A DNA stretch of 64,000 bases from a bacterium Ga0077546. GTDB taxonomy: Bacteria > Cyanobacteriota > Vampirovibrionia > Obscuribacterales > Obscuribacteraceae. A model generated the notes under the pieces. The model ran no database searches. It saw only the letters and a list, made by a program, of their open reading frames with translations, and was not told the origin of the DNA. Below, piece by piece: positions 18,795-27,964 of this stretch (the first letter of the stretch is position 1; the number at the start of each line of letters is the position of its first letter). The DNA is taken from the NCBI GenBank assembly GCA_943370275.1, contig CALRQI020000005.1, forward strand, positions 1,541 to 65,540, read 5' to 3'. The position numbers and the translations under genes were made by a program.

Positions 18795-20078
18795 CTAGCG
18801 GCGAGTAAAGCGAATAACTTTCGCTTGATCATCGACGGTGTAGTTACTATCACCAAAGAAAGACTGACCTATTAACGGCAAAGGAAACGAGTAATTGTCG
18901 ACAACAGTGACATCGACATTATGCTTCTCAACCGGTCCAAGTTTCACGGTACGAATGGAGAACTTTTTTCCAGTCATACGCGCTGACGTACCGTTGATCA
19001 TAGTGTCAATCGCATCTTCAGGTACTGTCAATCCGAACCCCTTGGCGTGAGCGCTCGACATACACATAGTTGAGGCACCAGTGTCAAGATACATACGACC
19101 GGGCCGGCCATCAACAGAGACAGAAACAATTATTTGGTCATAGTTTTCATCACGTGTAAATGGCACGACATTTGGATCAGAGCTTGAACGTGAAGATCCA
19201 GAACTAGAAGCAACATTAGAAGATGCACCGGCCGTTTTCTTCACCAGTCTAATTGTTTGAGCATTATTGTCGATGGTATAAGTGAAATCTTTGAAGAAAG
19301 ACTGCCCAATTGATGGGCTGTCTAACATTGACTCTTTAATTACGACTGGAAAATTATTGCGCTCAATATTGCCTATCTTTATGTTCAATCGCATATCCCA
19401 AGTTTTTTGAGAGCTGCCAGCGCTAGTAGAGGTACCAGTTGGCTGCCCTGTAGGCTCAGGTAAACCCATGCTCTGCAAATGATTCTTTCCAAGAATTGTT
19501 CCCTGCGAGCCAGTATCAAACATAACCTTGAGCGGTCTGTTATTGAACTGCGCTTCAACCATCATGCAACCGACTTCTTTGGTGAAATTGAGCCGCGCTT
19601 CACTAGGAAAGCGATCTTCAGAAGAAGAAGAAGAATAGGAAGAACGAGAGCCGCTGATAATAGGGCTGCCGGCTTGCCTGGCCACTGGTGGTGCGGCCGT
19701 AAACAATTCAGGACTGAGCTTCTTCAGCAAAACCGGATCAAGCACCATCAATGCCCGACGAGAATGGTCGGCCGCCTGGCTTGAAGGAAATAGACGAATA
19801 ATTCGTCCATACTCGCCAATGGCACCCTTCATATCTTTGGAGTAGTGCAGAGCCAAGGCATGGTAGTAGTAAGCGTTATCGTTGCCAGGATTTTGCTTAA
19901 CCGAATCAGCAAAACACTTAACCGCTTTGACATACTTTTTCTCTTGAAAAAGCTTGGCTCCATCGGCATAAGAATCTGCTTGAGCTGGACCGATTGAAGC
20001 AAAACCAAAAACAGCCAAGCACAAGGGGAAAGCAGCTGAACGCAAAAGCCTCAGAGCAATACTTGATTTCTGCTTCAT
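18795..20078 (-). CDS. Secreted TPR + tandem retropepsin-like domain protein, paralog B
   Basis: Same architecture as 16706-17986: VMFDTGSQGT and MYLDTGASTM DTG motifs, SIGQSFFKDFTYTID and LIGQSFFGDSNYTVD closing motifs. Confidence 0.85.
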   Translation of the reverse strand: MKQKSSIALRLLRSAAFPLCLAVFGFASIGPAQADSYADGAKLFQEKKYVKAVKCFADSVKQNPGNDNAYYYHALALHYSKDMKGAIGEYGRIIRLFPSSQAADHSRRALMVLDPVLLKKLSPELFTAAPPVARQAGSPIISGSRSSYSSSSSEDRFPSEARLNFTKEVGCMMVEAQFNNRPLKVMFDTGSQGTILGKNHLQSMGLPEPTGQPTGTSTSAGSSQKTWDMRLNIKIGNIERNNFPVVIKESMLDSPSIGQSFFKDFTYTIDNNAQTIRLVKKTAGASSNVASSSGSSRSSSDPNVVPFTRDENYDQIIVSVSVDGRPGRMYLDTGASTMCMSSAHAKGFGLTVPEDAIDTMINGTSARMTGKKFSIRTVKLGPVEKHNVDVTVVDNYSFPLPLIGQSFFGDSNYTVDDQAKVIRFTRR

Positions 20079-20114
20079 TGCGCTCTACCCCTGCCTTGTA
20101 TTAGCTTGTTTTAT

Positions 20115-21257
20115 CTAAACGCCGAGCTCTTCTTTGAGAACTACCTTTTGCAACTCAGAGGTACCTTCGAATATTTCAGTGAGCTTACCGTCGCGGTAAA
20201 GCCTTTCTACCGGCGAGTCGGGGCTAGCTCCCAGCATACCGAATATTTGCACAGCTTCGCCACTGTGAACTCTGGCGACTTTGGTGGCAAACAGCTTAGC
20301 CATTGCCGCAAACTTGCGAAAATCACCAGGCTCTTCATCATGGCTCCAAGCGGCACGATATGTAAGCAAGCGGGCCGCTTGCGACTCAACTGAGTGATCG
20401 GCAAGCTTCCATTGAATACCTTGGAATTTAGAAATTGGCTGACCAAACTGCTCTCTAGTGCGAGCATGTTCAGCTGAGAATTTGAGAGCTTCTTCGGCAA
20501 TACCAACCGCTGCAGCAGCCACAACAGTTTTGCTCAAGTCAAGCACAGCATTCACCTGGGCCTCGACTTCAGCGCTAGTGGCGCTAGCTAGTTTATTCTC
20601 GCTAGTGGCTTTGTACTCTTTGAAAGTAATATCGCAAGTAGCCGCAGAGCGCAGGCCGAACTTAGCCTTATTAGCGCCAACTTCAATGGTAGAAGACGGC
20701 GTACCATCCACCAGGAAAATGCTTAATTGACCGTCAGCGCCAGTGCGAGCTAGCACAGCCATTAAACCGGCCATTTGACCGTTGACCACCCAGGTCTTCT
20801 CACCACTGAGCAGCCAACCAGCTGACGAATCAGCAGTAGCAGTAGTTTGCACAGCCTTAAAATCAGAACCAGCTTTTTCTTCGCCGAAAGCTTGGGCGCC
20901 AATCAAGTCGCCAGTAGCTAGCTGTGAAAGATAGCGAGATTTTTGCGTTTCAGAACCGAACTTGTTAATTAATTCGATAACACTGTAGTGACTGGCAAGG
21001 GCCAAAGAGAGTCCAGCCGAGGCGCCCGCGAGAGCTTCGGCAAAGAGAACCAACTCAGTGGCGCCAAGCCCCTGGCCGCCATATTCACGTGGAACGGTCA
21101 ATCCCATATAACCGCCTTTGGCTAGCAGAGTCAGAGCCTCTTTCGAGCTCACCCGCTCTGTATCAAGAGCCAGGGCTAGCGGAGCGATTTGCTCGGCAAC
21201 GAATTTTAAATACTGTTCTTGCAAGGTCAGTTGGCCGCTGCTTAAGAAGGTGTTCAC
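20115..21257 (-). CDS. Acyl-CoA dehydrogenase
   Basis: 380 aa with typical ACAD blocks, including the C-terminal IFEGTSELQ. Confidence 0.93.
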   Translation of the reverse strand: MNTFLSSGQLTLQEQYLKFVAEQIAPLALALDTERVSSKEALTLLAKGGYMGLTVPREYGGQGLGATELVLFAEALAGASAGLSLALASHYSVIELINKFGSETQKSRYLSQLATGDLIGAQAFGEEKAGSDFKAVQTTATADSSAGWLLSGEKTWVVNGQMAGLMAVLARTGADGQLSIFLVDGTPSSTIEVGANKAKFGLRSAATCDITFKEYKATSENKLASATSAEVEAQVNAVLDLSKTVVAAAAVGIAEEALKFSAEHARTREQFGQPISKFQGIQWKLADHSVESQAARLLTYRAAWSHDEEPGDFRKFAAMAKLFATKVARVHSGEAVQIFGMLGASPDSPVERLYRDGKLTEIFEGTSELQKVVLKEELGV

Positions 21258-21342
21258 GGAAACCCCCAGTAGAAAAGATAGATGAGAAAGGGTAATAAAA
21301 CCCTGATAAACTGCTGATCATAGCATTTACGGAACCAGAAGC

Positions 21343-23151
21343 ATGACCCTGCTTGCAAAGTGGCTAAAACGCGCCTCCACCATTTTTAGTGAAAAACCAG
21401 ACGTCAAAGTTGATGACTTCGGCCTCGAGCATTTTCTCGTCTATCACGGCCTGGTAGGCAGCAGCCCTGATAACCATCGTGAATTTAAAGATGTAAGGGC
21501 CGACATTGGCTCAGCAGTCAATCGCAGCAATTCGCACAATCTTTGCATCAACTTAAAACTTGCCCCGCTCTGGTGGGAAGACAAGCTGGTGCGGATATTC
21601 ACCGAACTCAAAGCCGCTTACCCTGAGCGCACCCTGGCCACTCTGCTGCCGCCAAAATCAGACGATTATGAAGTGCAAGATTATGACCCCCTGCGTCACC
21701 AAGACTGGCGAGTACGGGCTAATGCCGCTCTAATCTTGGCAGACTTGCAAGTCGCGCAAGCCCAAGAGGGCATTATTCGAGCCCTCGCCGCCACTGCCGA
21801 CAATACCACTCCTGCCTTTTGCCATATCTCTAGAGCCCTGGCCACCTTCCGCACCGAAGAAGCGAAGCAAGCACTAGTGCAACACCTCAACAACGATGAA
21901 CCCTGGATCAAGGTCGATGCAGTCAGTGCCTTGGCTCGCTGGCCAATCACCGAAGTCGGCAACGAAATCAGCAACGCTTTTAGCCAGCATCATCCCTTTA
22001 CCGATTATGCTGCAGTAGGCGTAGCGCGCCAACACAAGCCCCTAGAATTACTGGCACTCGAGGACGAAAAACTCGTTGACTTAGGCGCCGCATTAATTGT
22101 AGGCCTGATTGAGGCCTCTAAACAAACATTCTCAGGAGCGCCAGAGCTGCTTAACGAAGCCGGCGTGCAGCAATGCCTGCCTCTCCTTGTGCAAGCTCTA
22201 AAAGCTAAACCTAATGCTTTGCGACTGCGAGCACTACATCAACTAACTGACTGGCTCGATAGCAACTATCCAGAGCAGTCAACCAGCGATGCCAAAGCAC
22301 TTATTTCGGACAAAGAAATAAGAGAGAAAGTGGTTGCCGAAATCGAAAGCATGCTTCTTGCACTAAGCACAGGCAATAGTAAGATCTCCGATACGGCCGA
22401 TACCGCAGCTAACAGCGATGGCACCAAGAAAACCACCTCTAGCACTCTACGTCATGGCCTCAAGCTCACTGGCGAAATTGACCTCCAGGAAAATTGCCAA
22501 TTGCTTGCTTCTATGGTTGAAAACCCACAAGCCGCGCTTTACCGCAATGAAATGATTGAAGCACTTGGTCGCTTAGGCAATGGTAAATCGGCTCCACAAC
22601 TGATAAAGCTGGCAAAACAGCTGGTCAACGTTAGCGACCGCACACAAATGCCCTTAAGTGCCAGCCCAATACTAGAAGCCGATTTAGAAGCAGCCAACTC
22701 TTATTGGTACATCCTCAAAGCCCTGGCAAATTTGCCCCACAGCGAATCTCTAGAATTTTTGCTTCTGGCAATTGGCGACTATGCTTCAGACAAACGAGAA
22801 GAGGCCTTGGCCTCAGCAGTAAAACTTTGCGCCGCTAGTGATTTTAGCGCTGACAAAACAGCAATAAAGAGCGCTGTAGGCAAGGCTCTAAACGATCCAT
22901 CGACCCAGGTCAGACTACAGGCTCTTCAGGGTGTAGCAAAGCTCAACATAGAAGAGCTAATACAGCCCGTAGCTCGCATGATCAATGCTCAAGAAATATC
23001 GGTCTCAAAAGCTAGCTTCGACACCCTTTCCTCATTGGTTGAATCTGGCCATAAGACTTCGGTAGCTAACGCCTTAACTGATATCAAGAAGACCACTAGC
23101 AGCACAGTCAAAATCAAACGGATTGACGAATTTCTCAGTCAGAATTGCTAG
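21343..23151 (+). CDS. HEAT-repeat protein
   Basis: 602 aa with repeated DWRVRANAALILADL / EPWIKVDAVSALARW / STQVRLQALQGVAKL HEAT-like units. Confidence 0.8.
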   Translation: MTLLAKWLKRASTIFSEKPDVKVDDFGLEHFLVYHGLVGSSPDNHREFKDVRADIGSAVNRSNSHNLCINLKLAPLWWEDKLVRIFTELKAAYPERTLATLLPPKSDDYEVQDYDPLRHQDWRVRANAALILADLQVAQAQEGIIRALAATADNTTPAFCHISRALATFRTEEAKQALVQHLNNDEPWIKVDAVSALARWPITEVGNEISNAFSQHHPFTDYAAVGVARQHKPLELLALEDEKLVDLGAALIVGLIEASKQTFSGAPELLNEAGVQQCLPLLVQALKAKPNALRLRALHQLTDWLDSNYPEQSTSDAKALISDKEIREKVVAEIESMLLALSTGNSKISDTADTAANSDGTKKTTSSTLRHGLKLTGEIDLQENCQLLASMVENPQAALYRNEMIEALGRLGNGKSAPQLIKLAKQLVNVSDRTQMPLSASPILEADLEAANSYWYILKALANLPHSESLEFLLLAIGDYASDKREEALASAVKLCAASDFSADKTAIKSAVGKALNDPSTQVRLQALQGVAKLNIEELIQPVARMINAQEISVSKASFDTLSSLVESGHKTSVANALTDIKKTTSSTVKIKRIDEFLSQNC

Positions 23152-23221
23152 ATTGGCTATCTTTAGTGCTTCTATACTAAGATAGAATCCAATTAGCTTT
23201 TCCAATTAGGCAGCACAGATA

Positions 23222-23815
23222 GTGGACTCGGAAACTAGCGACACCAAAGAACACGTTTCAGCGATGGACAAGATCGCCGATTCTTTTCTGGCTGAAGTTG
23301 AAGCCAAAGAAAATGCCACAGCCGAACCGACCAATCAAAACGGTAAAGCCCAGCAAAAAACTTATAAGCATCCAATGGCAGTGGATATTTTGCTTGCCCT
23401 TGGTCTGCTCTTCGCCATGGCCGGTCTGACAGTGAGCTTTGTCAAGGGACTAACCACACACTCTGCCAAGACCAATATCATGCAAGGCAATTACAAAGCA
23501 GCCATTGGTATTTTGCGTAGCTCACCAATACCCGAATTCTTTGGCGGCACCAGTGCTGACAACAGCGAAGATTTGCTCAACCAGGCCCTCTATTTAGATG
23601 CCATGACCAAACTCGATGCCGACCGCAATGATCAAACAGCCGTGCAAGAGTTGGCAAAAATCTCGTCAGGTTCGAGATTTTACGACCTGGCCCAAGATCA
23701 GCTCAGGCAATTGGCTCAGCCAGAGGCTAATCCAGCCGAATCAAATCTGGATAATCCCGCTCTAGATAGATCAAGTCAAGAGCCGACCAGCGAAAAAGAA
23801 GCGGCAAATCAGTAG
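23222..23815 (+). CDS. Single-pass membrane protein, unknown function
   Basis: 197-aa ORF with a GTG start (an alternative ATG is at 23264) and one TM (ILLALGLLFAMAGLTVSFV). Confidence 0.55.
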   Translation: MDSETSDTKEHVSAMDKIADSFLAEVEAKENATAEPTNQNGKAQQKTYKHPMAVDILLALGLLFAMAGLTVSFVKGLTTHSAKTNIMQGNYKAAIGILRSSPIPEFFGGTSADNSEDLLNQALYLDAMTKLDADRNDQTAVQELAKISSGSRFYDLAQDQLRQLAQPEANPAESNLDNPALDRSSQEPTSEKEAANQ

Positions 23816-23858
23816 ATCTGCCGCTTCCCAATTTTCTTGTCGAACTTATCGCTCAGGC

Positions 23859-24242
23859 TTATTCGACGATGAACTTCTTGTAGTCTTCAGCACTCATCAG
23901 GGTTGCGACTTCAGCAGCATTCTCAATTTTCACTTTGATCATCCAGCCACCCTTGTAAGTATCTAGGTTGACAAGCTCTGGCTCAGAATTGAGATTCTCG
24001 TTTACCTCAGTGATCTCGCCAGCAATTGGCATGAACAAATCGGAAACAGACTTTACCGATTCAATTACACCGAACTTTTGCTCGGTCTTGAATTTTTCGC
24101 CTACTTTAGGCAGTTCTACAAATGTGACGTCGCCCAGCTGGTCGGCAGCAAAAGCCGTAATACCTATTGTAGCTACGTCGCCGTCGACACTCACGAACTC
24201 ATGGCTTTTTACGTACTTAAGGTCATCTGGATGACTCAGCAT
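23859..24242 (-). CDS. gcvH: Glycine cleavage system H protein
   Basis: 127 aa with the lipoyl-lysine motif VIESVKSVSD. Confidence 0.95.
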   Translation of the reverse strand: MLSHPDDLKYVKSHEFVSVDGDVATIGITAFAADQLGDVTFVELPKVGEKFKTEQKFGVIESVKSVSDLFMPIAGEITEVNENLNSEPELVNLDTYKGGWMIKVKIENAAEVATLMSAEDYKKFIVE

Positions 24243-24445
24243 TAAGGATCTCCCTTGTACTTCGAAACAAAATTACTCTCTAAAGAGTAATAGAGTTGGC
24301 ATCCCATTTGCATAACTTTATGCATGAATGTAACTTAAAAGAGTGGTCTTGAGAACTGTGCAATACGAGAATGCCAACCTGTAACTTTTGACTCGGGCTT
24401 GCGTATATATTCATGCAGCCTTCGCCAGAAAAGGAAGAGAAGAAT

Positions 24446-25450
24446 ATGCAGAACAAAGCGCACTCTCTGAAAGAGCCTCTATCGCCGAGTAGGTGTCAAA
24501 AATGGCTGGTAAGACTAATTGCTTTGCTCACGCTCTTTTACTCCTGCAACGCATCCCATAGCTCTTGGGCACAAGCTCCTCAATCTAGCAACTTAGCTGC
24601 CGGGGATGAAACGAGAACTCTCCAGGTCGGCCAATTGACACGCTCATACGTAATTCATAGGCCCGCAAACCTAAAAGCAGAAATTCTAAAGACGGGCAAG
24701 CGAGTGCCGCTGGTTATCGTTCTGCATGGTGGTGGGGGAAACTCCAGCAACGCGGCCTCTATGTCGCTAATGAGCGAAAAGAGTGATAAAGAGGGCTTTT
24801 TGGCCGTCTATCCCAACGGAACCGGGAGAACAACTAACATGCTCACATGGAATTCTGGCAACTGCTGTGCCTATGCCATGCGCAAAAATATCGATGATGT
24901 TGGTTTTACCAGAAAGCTTATCGAGACATTAGTAGCAACCGATAACGTTGATCCCAAACGCGTTTTTGTCACTGGTATTTCCAATGGTGGCATGATGTCG
25001 TTTAGATTAGCTTGTGAACTCTCAGATCTAATCGCAGCCGCAGCACCTGTAGCCGGCGCCCTCAGTGTTGACACTAAGCCAACCAATCCTGTCGCAATCA
25101 TTATGTTCAACGGCATGGCAGATGATCACGTCTTATACGAAGGAGGAACACCTAGAAAATCCTTCGAACCACGAGTGGATAAATCCGTTGCCTACGCCGT
25201 CAGTTTTTGGACAAAAAGAAATGACTGCGCTAGCAAACCAAAACGACAAGTAAATAGCAGCGGCAATGTAATAGTCGATACCTATAAAAGCCAAACTACC
25301 AATGCCGATGTTGTTCTCTGTACCATCAAGAACGGCCAACATTCTTGGCCTGGGGGCACGAAGCCACGAGCCCAGGGAGACGATCCATCAACTGAGGTTT
25401 CGGCCACAGACATGATGTGGGAATTTTTCAAAAATCACCCCAAGAAGTAA
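24446..25450 (+). CDS. Secreted PHB-depolymerase-family / CE1-like esterase
   Basis: VIVLHGGGGN and the nucleophile elbow GISNGGMM, with a signal peptide. The ATG at 24446 follows a GGAAGAG RBS. The ORF track starts at 24413. Confidence 0.8.
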   Translation: MQNKAHSLKEPLSPSRCQKWLVRLIALLTLFYSCNASHSSWAQAPQSSNLAAGDETRTLQVGQLTRSYVIHRPANLKAEILKTGKRVPLVIVLHGGGGNSSNAASMSLMSEKSDKEGFLAVYPNGTGRTTNMLTWNSGNCCAYAMRKNIDDVGFTRKLIETLVATDNVDPKRVFVTGISNGGMMSFRLACELSDLIAAAAPVAGALSVDTKPTNPVAIIMFNGMADDHVLYEGGTPRKSFEPRVDKSVAYAVSFWTKRNDCASKPKRQVNSSGNVIVDTYKSQTTNADVVLCTIKNGQHSWPGGTKPRAQGDDPSTEVSATDMMWEFFKNHPKK

Positions 25451-25490
25451 GCCCATGCTGAAAGCGCTTACTGCCTTTCTATCAATCTAT

Positions 25491-25958
25491 CTAAGCTGGA
25501 TTTTCAATTGACTCTTGAGTCAAGGCAGCAAGAAAACAACGATTGCTTTCGTTTACGAGCAAGTCAGCATCCTCAGACTTACCGCTCATAACCACATAAC
25601 TCCACTCAAGCTCGGTGGTTTTAGCGTCAAGCTTGTGAAAAAGCATGTTGAGCAAAATATCGACTGGTTGCTTGCCAGTTGCCTCTGTCGGAGTACCGTA
25701 GACTCTGGCTTGAAGACGTCCTTCACCAGCACGATCATAGGTAATACGCCAACGGCAACCAATCAACGGGCCTTGCAATATGGCGCGCACACGAGCCATC
25801 GCTTCTTCTTGTTCTAGATAGAAACTACGAGCTGGTGGTATGCGCCCTGAAGGGCTAGGTTTCTTGCTTATGCCTGAAAGAACAAACAAGGCAATAACTG
25901 ATAAGGCACCACCGGCCAAAAGACAAATAACTAAAAATGTAGTGCTCTCATCGGTCAA
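25491..25958 (-). CDS. Membrane-anchored hypothetical protein
   Basis: 155-aa ORF with an N-terminal TM. Confidence 0.55.
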   Translation of the reverse strand: MTDESTTFLVICLLAGGALSVIALFVLSGISKKPSPSGRIPPARSFYLEQEEAMARVRAILQGPLIGCRWRITYDRAGEGRLQARVYGTPTEATGKQPVDILLNMLFHKLDAKTTELEWSYVVMSGKSEDADLLVNESNRCFLAALTQESIENPA

Positions 25959-25987
25959 GAATACGGTCTCTCAATTGTCTGTCTAGA

Positions 25988-27091
25988 CTATTTCTTTCGC
26001 TTGTACCATGGTCGGCTCACGACAGAAGCTGGCACTTTAGTATCGCGAATACCAATTGAAAGCTCTGTTCCAATCTTGGTTAAAGCCATAGGCACTAAAG
26101 CAAAGGCTAGAGGATAGCCCACGAAAACGCCCGGAGCACCACTGGTCACTTTGCCCACTTCTTTATCGCCGTCAAAAACACTGTATCCTTGACGGGGAGC
26201 CGCTTTGCCAGTGCCCTTCAAGCAAACAATCTGACGCTCTAAGCCGCCCGCTTTTTGTTTAGCAAGAACTTCACGACCAATGAAATCACCTTTGTCTGGT
26301 TTAACGCTCCAGCCAAGACCCGATTCAATTGGTGTAATGTCGCGCTCTAGCTCATGACCATAAAGAGGCAAACCAGCCTCCAGGCGCAATGTATCACGAG
26401 CTCCCAAGCCACACGGCTCAATTCCTTTAGCTTGGCCGCGCTCCAGCAAGAGATTCCAAAGCCACTCAGATTTTGCCGCCGGTACAAAAATTTCGAAACC
26501 GTCTTCACCGGTATAACCAGTGCGACCAAAGCTGAAACTTGTGCCGTCGATAGTAGCTTCGCCATAACCAAAGGATGGCAACTGGCCAACCCAATCACCG
26601 ACAATTTCGCTCAACAGCGGCACAGCCTGGGGACCTTGCAAAGCAAGCAGTCCAAGCTGGTCAGAGATATTTGTCAATTTGACATCAAATTTTGCCGCAT
26701 GACTGTTAATCCACTCCCAGTCTTTATCAATGTTTGAGGCATTAACAACGAGAAGAAAATCTTCTTTGCGTCGATAAACAATCAAGTCATCAACGGTACC
26801 GCCATCTTCATAACAAAGTTGGGAGTAAAGCGCACGATCAGGAGTAGCCAACCGGTTAATATCATTAGCAATGATGTATTGCACGAAGTCATGAGCACCG
26901 GCGCCGGTAACGAGAAATTCACCCATGTGCGAGACGTCGAACAAGCCAATTTTTTCACGCGTTGCCATGTGCTCAGCGATAATACTTTTATACTGCACTG
27001 GCATATTCCAGCCAGCGAAATCGACCATCTTGGCTGCTAGCTTGCGGTGAGCAGAAGCTAACGGGGTTTCTCTAAGGGTGGACGTCGCCAT
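25988..27091 (-). CDS. gcvT: Glycine cleavage system aminomethyltransferase T
   Basis: MATSTLRETPLASAHRKLAAKMVDFAGWNMPVQY...GLFDVSHMGE. The internal ATG at 27091 fits the family N-terminus. The ORF track extends to 27160. Confidence 0.95.
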   Translation of the reverse strand: MATSTLRETPLASAHRKLAAKMVDFAGWNMPVQYKSIIAEHMATREKIGLFDVSHMGEFLVTGAGAHDFVQYIIANDINRLATPDRALYSQLCYEDGGTVDDLIVYRRKEDFLLVVNASNIDKDWEWINSHAAKFDVKLTNISDQLGLLALQGPQAVPLLSEIVGDWVGQLPSFGYGEATIDGTSFSFGRTGYTGEDGFEIFVPAAKSEWLWNLLLERGQAKGIEPCGLGARDTLRLEAGLPLYGHELERDITPIESGLGWSVKPDKGDFIGREVLAKQKAGGLERQIVCLKGTGKAAPRQGYSVFDGDKEVGKVTSGAPGVFVGYPLAFALVPMALTKIGTELSIGIRDTKVPASVVSRPWYKRKK

Positions 27092-27209
27092 GACAACCTC
27101 TTGTAGCGGAAAACTCTCTAACTGCAGAATAGGGGATAAAGATACCACCGCCCAGACCATGCATGTAGACTCAGATGCACTTAATGCCTTAAGAGAATGT
27201 AAAGAGCAG

Positions 27210-27755
27210 ATGAAAACAATATTTAGAACCCAATCTTATCTTGCCCAAATCGCTTTACTAGTGACCATTTGGAGCCTGAGCAACTTGCCAACCAGCGCCA
27301 AGGCTCTGATCGCCCCTTTAAGCGAAACTGGACTGCTCAATGGTCTTTGCAATGTCCCTACGGTATCAGAAGCGGGCAGCGAAACTGTGCAGTTTAAAGA
27401 GGGCAAAGCCGAGTGGAATGGCTGTCGGGGTGAAATCGTCAAAACCGCCATTGGAGACCTCAACGGTGATGGTATCAATGACGGTGCGTTTGTATTTACC
27501 TACAACTCAGGCGGTTCAGGCTATTTCACCTATCTATTGGTATTCGTCGCCAGTGAAAAAGGAGCTAAGCCCGTGGGCCAACGCGCCTTAGGCGACCGCT
27601 CACAAGCCAATAGCTTGAAGATTAGTCATGGCGCAATCACTCTTGATATTCTTGGCCACCGCAGCAAAGACAGTGCCAGCAGGCCAACGCAAAAGCGTAT
27701 CGTCAAATTTAAAGTAAAAGGCAATGCCTTAGTTGGGCCAGATAATCTGCAATAA
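27210..27755 (+). CDS. Secreted hypothetical protein with an FG-GAP-like GDLNGDGINDG motif
   Basis: The ATG at 27210 gives a signal peptide (MKTIFRTQSYLAQIALLVTIWSLS). The upstream extension to 27078 would overlap the gcvT start. Confidence 0.6.
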   Translation: MKTIFRTQSYLAQIALLVTIWSLSNLPTSAKALIAPLSETGLLNGLCNVPTVSEAGSETVQFKEGKAEWNGCRGEIVKTAIGDLNGDGINDGAFVFTYNSGGSGYFTYLLVFVASEKGAKPVGQRALGDRSQANSLKISHGAITLDILGHRSKDSASRPTQKRIVKFKVKGNALVGPDNLQ

Positions 27756-27841
27756 GAAAAACACTCAGCGCAGTCTGCGGTGGCTCACTCTTAGAAAAAC
27801 AAGCCAATATTCACATCGGCCTCGCTTTGATCTGGCGTTTC

Positions 27842-27882
27842 CGATCTTGTCTCATTTTTCTAGTGAAAATGAGACAAGATCG
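27842..27882. repeat. 17-bp perfect inverted repeat (hairpin) in a GATC-rich spacer
   Basis: CGATCTTGTCTCATTTT-tctagtg-AAAATGAGACAAGATCG. Four GATC sites lie between 27829 and 27904. Confidence 0.85.
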
Positions 27883-27933
27883 AAAGCCGCAAAAGAACGA
27901 GATCGAAACGGTCTTTGGGCAGTCCATAAGAGA

Positions 27934-27960
27934 AAAGCGAGAGGCTAGGCCTCTCGCTTT
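27934..27960 (-). terminator. Rho-independent terminator of the acidic-protein gene
   Basis: 12-bp stem AAAGCGAGAGGC/GCCTCTCGCTTT. On the minus strand it is followed by TTTTCTCTT, immediately after the stop at 27965. Confidence 0.7.
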
Positions 27961-27964
27961 CTGT

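Noticed and set aside
27092-27209. Expected glycine riboswitch upstream of gcvT (and at 24243-24412 upstream of gcvH)
   Set aside because: I read both leaders on the minus strand. I could not find the conserved GGAGAG...CACCGAAGGGGCAA-type cores. An Infernal scan would be decisive.
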